From Candidatus Iainarchaeum sp. (GTDB lineage: Archaea; Iainarchaeota; Iainarchaeia; Iainarchaeales; UBA10219), in the NCBI GenBank assembly GCA_018304425.1, contig JAGVWE010000005.1:1-64000 (forward strand): a stretch of DNA of 64,000 nucleotides, read 5' to 3'. Positions 9,383 through 19,422 of the stretch are shown here, piece after piece. The notes under the pieces are model-generated. The model saw only the letters and a list, made by a program, of their open reading frames with translations, had not been told where the DNA came from and searched no databases. A program made the position numbers and the translations under genes. Each line of letters starts with the position of its first letter. Within the stretch, counting starts at the first letter, position 1.

Positions 9383-9425
9383 GGGAATAGGCGACTATTC
9401 CCTTTCCCTTCTTTTTCTTTTTTTT
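9383..9425 (+). terminator. Hairpin plus oligo-T terminator
   Basis: GGGAATAG-GCGA-CTATTCCC stem-loop followed by a long pyrimidine/T tract between convergent genes. Confidence 0.7.
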
Positions 9426-9438
9426 AACGCACGACAGC

Positions 9439-10305
9439 CTAGGGCAGGAGGAGTCCTGGCACCACGTCTTCGAGGAACGCGGCCGCGAACAAGAGGAGCA
9501 GGGCAATCCCCAGGGTGAGCGCGACGTGACTGGTTATCTGGAGGAACCGCTGCCCGAACCACTGCTCGCGGGCCAGGGCCTTGTTCAGGATGCCACCTGC
9601 CATGGCGCCCAGGAAGTAAACGGCTGCCTCGGCCAGGGTGTGCGGCAGCACTGAGAGCATGATTAACGCGAACTGCGCCCAGGGGTCCAGGCCGGAGACG
9701 TAGACAATGTTTTCCGCCTGCGCGGCGAAGACGTGGCCCCACACCGAGGCATTCCAGACCACGATGAAGGTCGTGCCATACTCGAACAGCAAGGCGATGA
9801 GGAACGCGACCACGAGCACGCCGAAATTGTTTTGGAGTACGCTCCAGAAGAAGCCGCTGAAGTTCACGGCTTCCCCTACCGGGCTCCTGCCGCCCGGGCC
9901 GAAGGCGGACTGTTCGCCGAACAACCGGTAGGTCTGGTCATCGGGCAGCCACAGGGTGAGCAAGGCAAACACCAGGAAGATGCCGGCAAACGAGTAGAGG
10001 TAGGCCTTGAAGAGTTTCTTGTTGTCCTGGAAGAGGCTGGACAGGGTGACTGCCTGGCCGTGGGTGTTCAGTTCCGTGAAGGAGACTCCCTTGCGCTCGA
10101 CCACGGTCTCCCTGCCTTCGAGGAGCTCGGTCAAGGCAAACAGCCGGTCAATCATGGGAATCAAGGCAATGGAGGTGAAGAAGACCGAGACGATGCCGAT
10201 GTTGTTGGGGAAAATGAGGGAGGCAACGCCGATGCCGAGCAAGGCGTACAGGACGCCGGAGAAAAAAAAGCGGAGCGCCGGTTTTCCGAGCTGCGGCGGG
10301 GTCAT
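9439..10305 (-). CDS. Stage II sporulation protein M (SpoIIM)-like membrane protein
   Basis: LQNN, WNASVWG, LPHTLAE and AAFLE motifs; multi-TM. Confidence 0.75.
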   Translation of the reverse strand: MTPPQLGKPALRFFFSGVLYALLGIGVASLIFPNNIGIVSVFFTSIALIPMIDRLFALTELLEGRETVVERKGVSFTELNTHGQAVTLSSLFQDNKKLFKAYLYSFAGIFLVFALLTLWLPDDQTYRLFGEQSAFGPGGRSPVGEAVNFSGFFWSVLQNNFGVLVVAFLIALLFEYGTTFIVVWNASVWGHVFAAQAENIVYVSGLDPWAQFALIMLSVLPHTLAEAAVYFLGAMAGGILNKALAREQWFGQRFLQITSHVALTLGIALLLLFAAAFLEDVVPGLLLP

Positions 10306-10358
10306 GGCAACTACTGGAGCGCAACCATTATATATTTGTTTTGCGGTTAAACCCTGGT

Positions 10359-10820
10359 ATGCAGCGAGCGCAGCGAGCGAAGCAAGCGAAGCGAGCGAAA
10401 GCCAATTGGCTGGCCCTCGGCCTTGCCATTGCCCTGGTATGGGTCATGGCCGTGGAACTGGTTTCGCTTATGGGGCAAGGACCGTTCCCCGGTGCAAGTG
10501 CAGGGGCAACGCCCGCTAAAAACGCCGCCTTGTTCCCGGAACTCGCCGATGACCCGCAGGCCTTGGAATGGCGGCTCCACGGTTCCTTCAAGGACTTGGA
10601 GGGGCCGGACGGCTTTTACGCCTATGACCAGGCCGGGGAAAGGGTGTACAAGGTGGATGACTTGGTACTGGGGTTGGAGGAAGTCGGCCGCGTCGTGAAA
10701 GTCAAGAAAACCAGGAACCTCGCCGGCATGGCAGCGGGCGTCGAAGAAGAGTTAATGGTGGTGGACGAAAACGGGCGGCGCAAGGGCACCATCGAAGGCA
10801 ATGCCTACTACCCAGAATAA
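10359..10820 (+). CDS. Hypothetical membrane-anchored protein
   Basis: Single N-terminal TM after a short QRA/KRA tandem repeat; host-like codon usage. Confidence 0.6.
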   Translation: MQRAQRAKQAKRAKANWLALGLAIALVWVMAVELVSLMGQGPFPGASAGATPAKNAALFPELADDPQALEWRLHGSFKDLEGPDGFYAYDQAGERVYKVDDLVLGLEEVGRVVKVKKTRNLAGMAAGVEEELMVVDENGRRKGTIEGNAYYPE

Positions 10821-10844
10821 AAGCTTTTTTCTCCTCATCCCTGC

Positions 10845-11750
10845 ATGCCTCAACTCGTTATCCTTGGCGCCGTGGCATTGGATGACATCAGAACCCCCTT
10901 TGGCCGGCGGAAAAACATTGCCGGCGGCAGCGCCTTCTATGCCTCGGTTGCGGCCTCTTTCTTCACCAAGCCCGGCCTGGTGGCCGTCGTGGGAAAGGAT
11001 TATCCGAGGGAACACCTTCGCTTCCTGGAATCGCGTGGCATCGACACGGCCGGCCTCGAAGTCGCGGCAGGAAATACTTTTCGGTGGAACGGCTTCTATG
11101 ACTTCGACTTGAACCAGGCCCACACCGTGAAAACGGAGTTGAATGTTTTCGCGGACTTCCAGCCCATGCTTCCCGAAGCCTACCGGCAGGCACCGTTCCT
11201 GTTCCTCGGCAACATCTCGCCCCAACTCCAGTTGGACGTGCTGGGCCAGATGCGAAAGCGGCCCAGGCTCGTCATGAGCGACACCATGGACTACTACATC
11301 AAGCGCGAGCGCAAGAACGTCTTGAAGGTCGTGAGAGAAGTCGACGTCGCCCTGATGAACGACGGCGAGGCGCGCATGCTGTTCAAGACCCCGAACCTCG
11401 TCAGGGCCGCGCGGGAAATCCTGAAGCTGGACTCGCGCATTGCCATCATCAAGAAGGGCGAGCACGGCGCGGTGCTGTTCTACGACAACCGTTTCTTCGC
11501 CGTGCCAGGGTATCCCCTGGAGACCGTGCGCGACCCAACCGGCGCGGGGGACTGTTTTGCGGGAGCCATGCTGGGTTACCTGGCGAAGACCCGGGATTTG
11601 AGCGAGAAAAACGTGCGCAAGGCCCTTGTTTATGGCTCGGTCGTGGCCAGCTTCAACGCCGAGGACTTCTCCTGCGACGCCTTGCGGGGTCTTTCCATGA
11701 CGGATATCCGCGGCCGCTATAACGAGTTCAAGCGGTTTGTCCAGTTTTGA
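10845..11750 (+). CDS. PfkB/ribokinase-family carbohydrate or nucleoside kinase
   Basis: GGSAFY N-terminal motif, KKGEHGA, DPTGAGD anion-hole motif. Confidence 0.9.
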   Translation: MPQLVILGAVALDDIRTPFGRRKNIAGGSAFYASVAASFFTKPGLVAVVGKDYPREHLRFLESRGIDTAGLEVAAGNTFRWNGFYDFDLNQAHTVKTELNVFADFQPMLPEAYRQAPFLFLGNISPQLQLDVLGQMRKRPRLVMSDTMDYYIKRERKNVLKVVREVDVALMNDGEARMLFKTPNLVRAAREILKLDSRIAIIKKGEHGAVLFYDNRFFAVPGYPLETVRDPTGAGDCFAGAMLGYLAKTRDLSEKNVRKALVYGSVVASFNAEDFSCDALRGLSMTDIRGRYNEFKRFVQF

Positions 11751-11813
11751 TGCAGCTCAACCAGCAAAGGCAAGGGTTTAAAATGGTTAGAGGACTTCTA
11801 CTGTAGGGCGTTT

Positions 11814-12911
11814 ATGGGTAAAAGGACTCCATTGTATGATGCGCATGTGCGGTATGGGGCGCACATCGTGGACTTCGCGGGCTTTGACATGCCCGTCTAT
11901 TACACCACGGTCATCGACGAGCACCACGCTACCCGCAACCAGGCCGGCTTGTTCGACACCAGCCACATGGGCGAGATACGCGTCAAGGGCCGGCAGGCGC
12001 TGGACCTCATCCAGGAAGTCGTTTCCCGGGATTGCTCGAAGCTCGTGGACGGCCAGGTCGCGTTGTGCGTGATGTGCAATGACCAGGGCGGCATCATGGA
12101 TGACTGCACGGTCAACCGGTTTGGCCCCCAGGACTACATGATGGTCGTTAACGCCGGAACCAAGGACAAGGACTTGAACCAGATTCTCAGCGTGCAGGCG
12201 GCCAGGAACCTCGATTGCCAGGTCATCGACGAAACCGATGACACCGCGAAACTCGACCTGCAGGGGCCCTTCGCGGAAGTCATCCTGCAGAAGATGGTGG
12301 ACATCAACCTGAACGTCATCAAGTACTATCGCTTCGCGCTCGGAAAACTGGACGGCGTGGACGCCATGCTTTCGCGTTCCGGTTACACGGGTGAGGACGG
12401 CTTCGAGATTTACTTTCCCGCCCAGTACGCGGAACGCATGTGGGAGAAGCTCTTTGAACTGGGCAGGGAACACGGCTTGAAGCCCTGCGGCCTTGGCGCG
12501 CGGGACACGCTTCGCACCGAGTCCGGCTACATGTTGTACGGCAACGACATCGACGAGTGCACTACGCCCCTGGAATGCGTGTACGGCTGGGTCGTGCACC
12601 TGGACAAGAAGTCCTTTGTCGGCAAGGCCGCGTTGGTCCGGCAGAAGCACGAGGGCATCAAGAAAAAGCTGGTGGGCTTCGAGATGCTGGACAAGGCCGT
12701 TGCACGGCACAATTACCTGTTGTACATGGCCAACCGCGAGGTTGGGAAGGTGACTTCCGGCTGCCCCTCTCCCACGCTGGGAAAGAACATCGGCATGGCC
12801 TATGTCTCCGAGGGCCTCGCCGAGGTGGGGAACACGGTGGACGTGCGCATCCGGGCCGAGTTCCACAAGGCCCGGATGGTTCCGATGCCGTTTTACAAGC
12901 GGAAGAAGTAG
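11814..12911 (+). CDS. gcvT: Glycine cleavage system aminomethyltransferase T
   Basis: RTPLY, FDTSHMG, SRSGYTGEDGFE, GLGARDTLRTE. Confidence 0.95.
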   Translation: MGKRTPLYDAHVRYGAHIVDFAGFDMPVYYTTVIDEHHATRNQAGLFDTSHMGEIRVKGRQALDLIQEVVSRDCSKLVDGQVALCVMCNDQGGIMDDCTVNRFGPQDYMMVVNAGTKDKDLNQILSVQAARNLDCQVIDETDDTAKLDLQGPFAEVILQKMVDINLNVIKYYRFALGKLDGVDAMLSRSGYTGEDGFEIYFPAQYAERMWEKLFELGREHGLKPCGLGARDTLRTESGYMLYGNDIDECTTPLECVYGWVVHLDKKSFVGKAALVRQKHEGIKKKLVGFEMLDKAVARHNYLLYMANREVGKVTSGCPSPTLGKNIGMAYVSEGLAEVGNTVDVRIRAEFHKARMVPMPFYKRKK

Positions 12912-12977
12912 CCGCGGGTAACGCTTAAAAAGGCTTGCTAAGTTCAATCATAACAGTCAAAAGGTGGGGGATTTCCA

Positions 12978-13367
12978 ATGGAGAATCCGAGGGAACTGAG
13001 ATATACCAAGGAACACGAGTGGGTGAAGATCGAGGGGGATACCGCGACCATGGGCATTTCGGATTACGCCCAGCACGCCCTGACCGACATCGTTTACGTG
13101 GAGCTGCCCAAGGAGGGCCGCGAGTTCAAGCAATTCGAGAGCATTGCCGTCGTCGAATCCGTGAAATCGGTTTCGGACGTCTATGCGCCGCTCAGCGGCA
13201 AGGTCACTGAGCTTAACAAGGCAGTTACGGAGAAACCCGAACTCGTCAACAAGGAACCGTTCACGGCCGGCTGGCTGTTCAGGTTCAAGGCCAAGGACTT
13301 GAATGAATTGAACAACCTCATGACCGCCGAACAATACGATGCCTATCTTGCATCGCTCAAGCATTGA
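12978..13367 (+). CDS. gcvH: Glycine cleavage system H protein
   Basis: YTKEHEW, GISDYAQ, VESVKSVSD (lipoyl Lys). Confidence 0.95.
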   Translation: MENPRELRYTKEHEWVKIEGDTATMGISDYAQHALTDIVYVELPKEGREFKQFESIAVVESVKSVSDVYAPLSGKVTELNKAVTEKPELVNKEPFTAGWLFRFKAKDLNELNNLMTAEQYDAYLASLKH

Positions 13368-13400
13368 ATATTTTCGCTTAGCGTTCACAGTGGGGATGGC

Positions 13401-14741
13401 TTGGACTACGTTCCGAACACGGAGAAGGAAAGCCGGGAAATGCTTCAAGCCATCGGCGTGAAATCCGTTGACGAGCTGTTCCAGGACATCCCGGCCGCGA
13501 AGAAAGTAAAGGGCTTGCTGAACGTTTCCACCGAAATGAGCGAGGTCGAGGTCACACAGTTGCTGACCGACCTTGGCGCCAAGAACGCCAACGCGGCCAC
13601 GCACGCCATCTTCCTGGGGGCGGGGGCGTATAACCACTTCACGCCCAGCGCCGTGCCCTACCTGGCCTTCCGCGGCGAGTTCTACACCGCTTACACGCCT
13701 TACCAGGCCGAGGTTTCGCAGGGCACCTTGCGGGCCATCTTCGAGTTCCAGACCCACATCACGGAATTGACCGGGCTCGAGGTCTCCAATGCTTCCGTCT
13801 ACGACGGCTCCACGGCCCTGGGCGAAACCATTGCCGGCGCCTGGCAGGTCAACCAGCGCAAGCAACTCGTGATTTCCAAGACCGTGCACCCCCATTACCG
13901 GGAAGTCATCCGCACCTATTGCTGGTCGAAAGGCGTTGAAGTCGTCGAAGTCGGCTATAAAGACGGCAAGACCGACTGGGATTCCTTGAAAGCCGTGGTT
14001 TCGGACAAGACCTCGGCGGTCATGGTGCAGAGCCCGAACTTCTTCGGCTGCATCGAGGAAGTCGACCAGGCCGCGGAAATCGCGCACGCGAAGGGCGCGG
14101 TGCTCGTAACCACTGTGACGGAAGGCAGTTCTTTGGGCTTGCTGGAGGCCCCGGGAAAACTGGGCGCCGACTTCGTGGTCGGGGAAGGACAGGGCTTCGG
14201 CATCCCCATGATGTACGGCGGCCCCTATCTGGGCTTCATGGCCACGAAGAAGGAATACGTCCGCACCCTGCCAGGGCGCCTCGTCGGAAAAACCGTGGAC
14301 AGCGAGGGCAAGGAAGGCTATGTCATGACCCTGCAGGCGCGCGAGCAGCACATCCGCCGCGAGCGAAGCGTTTCCAACATCTGTACGAACACCGGCTTGA
14401 TCGCCTTGATGGCCACCATTTACCTTTCACTGGTCGGCAGGCAGGGCCTGCAGCGCGTGGCCCAGCAGTCTTTCCAGAAGGCCCACTACGCCCACGCCCA
14501 GCTATGCAAAATCAGGGGCGTGCAACCGCTGTTCAACCAGCCCTTCTACAACGAGTTCGCCCTGCGCGTGCCCGATGCGAAGAAGGCCAGCGAAGCCATG
14601 ATGGAGGCCGGCATCATTCCTCCACTGGACCTGGGGGCGTATTACCCGGAACTGAAGAATTGCCTGCTCGTCTGCTGCACGGAAATGAACTCCAAAGCCC
14701 AAATCGACCACCTGGCGAAAGTCCTGGAGGGCTGCCGATGA
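13401..14741 (+). CDS. gcvPA: Glycine dehydrogenase subunit 1
   Basis: FYTAYTPYQAEVSQG, REQHIRRE, SNICTN. Confidence 0.95.
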   Translation: MDYVPNTEKESREMLQAIGVKSVDELFQDIPAAKKVKGLLNVSTEMSEVEVTQLLTDLGAKNANAATHAIFLGAGAYNHFTPSAVPYLAFRGEFYTAYTPYQAEVSQGTLRAIFEFQTHITELTGLEVSNASVYDGSTALGETIAGAWQVNQRKQLVISKTVHPHYREVIRTYCWSKGVEVVEVGYKDGKTDWDSLKAVVSDKTSAVMVQSPNFFGCIEEVDQAAEIAHAKGAVLVTTVTEGSSLGLLEAPGKLGADFVVGEGQGFGIPMMYGGPYLGFMATKKEYVRTLPGRLVGKTVDSEGKEGYVMTLQAREQHIRRERSVSNICTNTGLIALMATIYLSLVGRQGLQRVAQQSFQKAHYAHAQLCKIRGVQPLFNQPFYNEFALRVPDAKKASEAMMEAGIIPPLDLGAYYPELKNCLLVCCTEMNSKAQIDHLAKVLEGCR

Positions 14742-16198
14742 GCGATGTCAAGCTCATTTACGAGCGCAGCGTTCCCGGGCGCACCAGCAACCACATCACG
14801 CTGAAAGTGGATGTGCCCCTGACCGAGGTCAAGCAGGCCATTCCCGCCAAATACCTGCGCAAGGAACTCGGCCTCCCGGAAGTGAACGAAGTCGACGTCA
14901 TCCGGCACTACATCGGCCTGTCAAAGCTCAACTACGGCGTGGACAACGGCTTTTATCCCCTGGGCAGCTGCACCATGAAGTACAACCCGAAAGTCAATGA
15001 CGCGATGGCCGCGTTGCCAGGTCATGGTCTTATCCATCCCATGCAGCCCGTCGAGATGTCCCAGGGCGCGTTGCAATTGATGTACGAATTGGAGAAGGAC
15101 CTAGCCGAAATCACGGGCATGGCCCGCCTGACGCTCCAGCCAGCTGCAGGCGCGCACGGAGAATTGACCGGCATCATGACTGCCAAAAAGTATTTCGAGC
15201 ACAAGGGGGAGGGCGTGCAGCGGAACACCGTCCTCGAACCGGATTCCTCTCACGGCACCAACCCGGCTTCCGCGAACATGTGTGGTTTCAAGGTCGTGGA
15301 AGTCAAGTCCAACAAGAACGGCTCGGTTGATTTGGATGACTTGCGCGCGAAAATGAGCGAGAACGTGGCCGTGTTCATGCTCACGAACCCGAACACCCTG
15401 GGCTTGTTTGACCCCACCATCGAGGAAATCGCGAAAATAGTGCACGCGAAGGGCGGCCTCATGTACTGCGATGGCGCCAACCTCAACGCCAACGTCGGCA
15501 TCGTCCGCCCCGGGGACTTGGGATTCGACATCATCCAGTTGAACCTGCACAAGACGTTTTCAACCCCCCACGGCGGCGGGGGCCCCGGTTCAGGCCCAGT
15601 AGGCGTTAAAAGCCATCTGGTGCCCTTCCTGCCCAAGCCTTCCGTCGAAAAGGTGGGCGAAAAATACACCCTGGACTACAATAAACCGCATTCCATCGGC
15701 CGGGTCAAGGCTTTCCAGGGCAACTATGGCATTTTATCGAGGGCCTACACCTATATCAAGTCCCTGGGACGCGAGGGGCTACGTAAAGTCGGGGAAAACG
15801 CGGTCTTGAACGCCAATTACATGATGGCCCGGCTCCGGAAACACTATCACTTGGCGTACGACCGGGTGTGCCAGCACGAGTTCGTGTTAAGCGATGAAGG
15901 CATGCCCAATGGCGTAACCACCATGGACATCGCGAAGCGGCTGCTCGACTACGGCTTCCACTCCCCCACCATTTACTTTCCCCTCATCGTGCACGGCGCC
16001 ATCATGATTGAACCAACTGAAACCGAGAGCAAGCAGACCCTGGATGCCTTCATTGAAACCATGGTCCGGATTCACGGGGAAGCCCAGTCCAACCCGGGCC
16101 TGGTGAAGGGCGCGCCGCACACCACCTTCGTGAAGCGCTTGGACGCCGTGAAGGCCGCCCGCGAGCCAGTGCTGCGCTGGCAGCCCCCGGGGAAGTGA
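14738..16198 (+). CDS. gcvPB: Glycine dehydrogenase subunit 2
   Basis: PLGSCTMKYNP, NLHKTFSTPHGGGGPG (PLP Lys); ATGA overlap with gcvPA. Confidence 0.95.
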   Translation: MSDVKLIYERSVPGRTSNHITLKVDVPLTEVKQAIPAKYLRKELGLPEVNEVDVIRHYIGLSKLNYGVDNGFYPLGSCTMKYNPKVNDAMAALPGHGLIHPMQPVEMSQGALQLMYELEKDLAEITGMARLTLQPAAGAHGELTGIMTAKKYFEHKGEGVQRNTVLEPDSSHGTNPASANMCGFKVVEVKSNKNGSVDLDDLRAKMSENVAVFMLTNPNTLGLFDPTIEEIAKIVHAKGGLMYCDGANLNANVGIVRPGDLGFDIIQLNLHKTFSTPHGGGGPGSGPVGVKSHLVPFLPKPSVEKVGEKYTLDYNKPHSIGRVKAFQGNYGILSRAYTYIKSLGREGLRKVGENAVLNANYMMARLRKHYHLAYDRVCQHEFVLSDEGMPNGVTTMDIAKRLLDYGFHSPTIYFPLIVHGAIMIEPTETESKQTLDAFIETMVRIHGEAQSNPGLVKGAPHTTFVKRLDAVKAAREPVLRWQPPGK

Positions 16199-16202
16199 GG
16201 AC

Positions 16203-16496
16203 ATGCAAGGTCATTCCGTGTACAAGATTCCCCAGGGGAAGCTCGTCAAAATCGAGCTCGACTTCGACCCGAAAGGAAAACTCATCGAGGCCGTGAAAGT
16301 GACTGGCGACTTCTTCATTTACCCTGAAGATTCCATTCGCATGATTGAGAACCGGTTCATGGGCCTGCCGCTCGACAAAAAATTCATGGCGGAAAGCCTT
16401 TCGGGGTTCCTCGCGGAAAACGAGATCCAGGTGTTCGGCTTTTCGCCCGAGGACCTGGCGCACGCCATCCTGATGGCGGCAGGAATGGAAAAGTGA
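16203..16496 (+). CDS. Lipoate-protein ligase accessory (C-terminal-domain) subunit, LplB-like
   Basis: KIPQGKLV...VKVTGDFFIYPE motif; directly upstream of lplA. Confidence 0.8.
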   Translation: MQGHSVYKIPQGKLVKIELDFDPKGKLIEAVKVTGDFFIYPEDSIRMIENRFMGLPLDKKFMAESLSGFLAENEIQVFGFSPEDLAHAILMAAGMEK

Positions 16497-16500
16497 GAAC

Positions 16501-17256
16501 GTGGAATTCAGGTTCATCCTCGACGATTACGTGAAGCCGGCCATGAACATGGCCATAGACGAGGCCCTCTTGAAGAATTGCCTGGCCTACGGCAAGCCCA
16601 CGGTGCGCTTTTACCGGTGGAAGCCCCGTGCGGTGACGATTGGCTACTTCCAGAGCCTCGAACAGGAAGTGGACACCGCGAAATGCGCGGCCGAAGGCAT
16701 TGACTGCATCCGGCGAAGCACGGGAGGGGGAGCGGTCTACCATGACTCGGAGTTGACCTACAGCTTTGTCTGCCCCCTGGACTCGGGCCTGGTGCCCAAG
16801 AACATCCTGGACTCCTACCGGAAGGTCTGCGGGGCCCTGGTCCACGGTTTGAGGGAGCTGGGCTTGCAGGCCGCCTTCGTGCCCTTGAACGACCTCATCG
16901 TGAACGGGCGGAAGGTGTCCGGCAACGCCCAGACCCGGAAAGAGAAAACCATCCTCCAGCACGGCACCCTGCTCATCGACGTGGACGTGGACAAGATGTT
17001 TTCCCTGCTGAAGGTGCCCAACGAGAAAATCCGGGACAAGCTGATTTCCGACGTAAAACAGCGCGTGACCTCCGTCAACCAGGAGGCCGGCAAAAAGTAT
17101 TCCTATTTCGAGGTCGCGGCCGCCATCCGCAAGGGCTTCGAGGAAAACTTCCACGCCCGCCTCGTCGAAGAGCCCCTGACCCCGGAAGAACGGCAGCTGG
17201 CCGAAAAAATCGCGGTCGAAAAGTTCTTGAAACCCGATTGGACGCGGATGCGGTGA
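16501..17256 (+). CDS. lplA: Lipoate-protein ligase A catalytic subunit
   Basis: NMAIDEAL, RRSTGGGAVYHD, KVSGNAQ, LQHGTL. Confidence 0.9.
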   Translation: MEFRFILDDYVKPAMNMAIDEALLKNCLAYGKPTVRFYRWKPRAVTIGYFQSLEQEVDTAKCAAEGIDCIRRSTGGGAVYHDSELTYSFVCPLDSGLVPKNILDSYRKVCGALVHGLRELGLQAAFVPLNDLIVNGRKVSGNAQTRKEKTILQHGTLLIDVDVDKMFSLLKVPNEKIRDKLISDVKQRVTSVNQEAGKKYSYFEVAAAIRKGFEENFHARLVEEPLTPEERQLAEKIAVEKFLKPDWTRMR

Positions 17257-17317
17257 GCCCCGGGGACGGCTCAACCCTTAAAAACGTTTGTGCATTCAAA
17301 GGCATTGGAGTGATGGC

Positions 17318-18577
17318 ATGGCGGAAGCGTATAAAGTGAAGGACCTCTCATTGGCCGAGCAGGGCAAGATGAACATCGAGTTCGCGGAAGGGCACATGCA
17401 AGCCCTTTTGGAGGTCAAGAAACGCTTTGCCAAGGAAAAGCCTTTCAAGGGCCTGACCATTGGCATGGCACTCCACGTCACCAAGGAGACCGCGGTCCTG
17501 GTGCGCACCCTGGTGGCAGGCGGGGCCAAGGTGGCCATCACCGGCTGCAACCCCCTCTCCACCCAGGACGACGTCGCGGCTGCCCTGGCCAAGGAAGGCG
17601 TCAACGTCTTCGCCTGGAAGGGCGAGACCAAGCAAGAGTATTACGATAACCTCCAACGCGTCCTCGACTTCAACCCGGATGCAACCGTCGACGACGGCTG
17701 TGACCTGATTTCCGAAATCCACAAGAACCGCACCGACCTGCTGGGCAAGCTCGTGGTGGGCACCGAGGAAACCACTACCGGGGTCAACCGCTTGAAGGCC
17801 ATGGAAGCCGCCAAGGCCTTGAAGTACCCGGTCATCGCCGTGAACGACAACCGCACCAAGCACTTGTTCGACAACTATTATGGCACCGGGCAGAGCACGC
17901 TCGACGGAATCCTCCGCGCGACTTCGGTCATGCTGGCGGGGAAAATCCTGGTCGTCATCGGCTACGGCGAGTGCGGAAAGGGAGTGGCTGCGCGCGGCAA
18001 AGGCATGGCCTGTGAAGTCATCGTGTGCGAGGTCGACCCCGTGCGCGCGCTGCAGGCCCGCATGGACGGCTTCCGCGTCATGCCCATGGCCGAGGCCGCC
18101 AAGCTCGGCGACATCTTCGTTGCCGTTACCGGCAACAAGCACGTCATCTCCATGGCCCACCTGTCCGCGATGAAGGAGGGCGCCATCGTGGCGAACTCCG
18201 GGCACTTCGACAACGAAATCGACATGGCTTCGCTCAACCAGCAAGCCAAGGGCAAGCGCCGCGTGCGCTGGCAGCTGGACGAGTACACGCTCAAGAACGG
18301 CCGCAAGGTCTTCGTCTGCGGCGAAGGCCGCCTGGTCAACCTGGCCGCGGCGGAAGGCCATCCCTCCGTGGTCATGGCCTTGTCCTTTTGCGGGCAGGCC
18401 CTCGCCCTGGAATATGGGGTCAAGAAGAAGGGCAAATTGGGCCCCGGCGTGCACGTGCTGCCCAAGGAAATCGACGACGCCATCGCCAGCCTCCAATTGA
18501 AGGCCCTGGGCGTCAAGCACGACGCGCTCACCAAGGAACAGCACAAGTACATGACGGGCTGGGAAGAGGGCACGTAA
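17318..18577 (+). CDS. ahcY: Adenosylhomocysteinase
   Basis: CNPLSTQD, EETTTG, KHLFDN.YGTGQS, GRLVNLAAAEGHP. Confidence 0.95.
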   Translation: MAEAYKVKDLSLAEQGKMNIEFAEGHMQALLEVKKRFAKEKPFKGLTIGMALHVTKETAVLVRTLVAGGAKVAITGCNPLSTQDDVAAALAKEGVNVFAWKGETKQEYYDNLQRVLDFNPDATVDDGCDLISEIHKNRTDLLGKLVVGTEETTTGVNRLKAMEAAKALKYPVIAVNDNRTKHLFDNYYGTGQSTLDGILRATSVMLAGKILVVIGYGECGKGVAARGKGMACEVIVCEVDPVRALQARMDGFRVMPMAEAAKLGDIFVAVTGNKHVISMAHLSAMKEGAIVANSGHFDNEIDMASLNQQAKGKRRVRWQLDEYTLKNGRKVFVCGEGRLVNLAAAEGHPSVVMALSFCGQALALEYGVKKKGKLGPGVHVLPKEIDDAIASLQLKALGVKHDALTKEQHKYMTGWEEGT

Positions 18578-18592
18578 ACCGTTTTCCGCCCT

Positions 18593-19306
18593 TTACTTCA
18601 CCGCGTCCCACATGATTTCGTCTTTGGGGTTGACCTTCAGGCCCTGCGCCGAGATGTCGAGGGGGTGAATCTTTTTCGAGTGGTTGGTGCCCCGCATCTT
18701 GCGCACGAAGAGGCTGCGGAAGGGCGGCGTGAAGTACAACGCGACCACCCCGTCGGCGACGAATTCCTCGACGCCGAACGCGCTCATGACGTGCTTGTCT
18801 CCCCGGACTTCCGCGGTCAAGAGAGTCGTGCAGTCCAGGTCTTTTAAAGCATCAACGAACTTGTAGAGGGTGCCGCGGAGCTTGCCTTCCTCGCGGATCC
18901 AGACCCCGAAAGCCGTGGTGGAGTCAATGACGATGCGCTTGGCGCCGAGTTCCTTCACCATGGCGGAAATGACTTCGAGTTCGGCCTCGATTTGGTCCTC
19001 GATGTTGGCCGGGTCCCCGCTGACCCCGAGGTTGAGGCGGTAAATCTTCATCAGGCCGGCGTCCTGGAGGGGCTTGATGTCCCAGTTGAAGTTCTGCATG
19101 TCCCAGGCCAGGTTCTTGAGGTTGGTTTCCAGGGTCACGTAGAGGCCGGGTTCGTTGAATTGCTTGGCTCCATTGTAAATGAATTGCATGGCGAAAATGG
19201 ATTTCCCACAGCCGGTTCCCCCGCTGACCAGGATGGAGGCCCCCTTGGGGATGCCTCCTTGGACGAGGTCGTCAAAGCCGGGAATGCCTGTTTTCACGCG
19301 CTCCAT
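18593..19306 (-). CDS. Single-domain KaiC/RAD55-family ATPase
   Basis: RVKTGIPGFD, GGTGCGKS Walker A, IVIDS Walker B, KMRGT. Confidence 0.9.
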   Translation of the reverse strand: MERVKTGIPGFDDLVQGGIPKGASILVSGGTGCGKSIFAMQFIYNGAKQFNEPGLYVTLETNLKNLAWDMQNFNWDIKPLQDAGLMKIYRLNLGVSGDPANIEDQIEAELEVISAMVKELGAKRIVIDSTTAFGVWIREEGKLRGTLYKFVDALKDLDCTTLLTAEVRGDKHVMSAFGVEEFVADGVVALYFTPPFRSLFVRKMRGTNHSKKIHPLDISAQGLKVNPKDEIMWDAVK

Positions 19307-19422
19307 TTGCCTGCACCAGCGCTACATACAACGCATTAGGCCTTTTTAAGCCTTTTCATGGCGGGGATTGGTAAATCGAACCCCAAACCTTTAAATAAGC
19401 GGCCCGCCTAATCCAAGGGCCT

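Noticed and set aside
10361-10402. 9-nt tandem repeat (CAGCGAGCG/AAGCGAGCG)
   Set aside because: Short in-frame micro-repeat; no spacers, not a CRISPR array
18593-19306. KaiC-like ATPase as a circadian clock component
   Set aside because: Single-domain KaiC/RAD55 proteins are common in archaea; no kaiA/kaiB nearby
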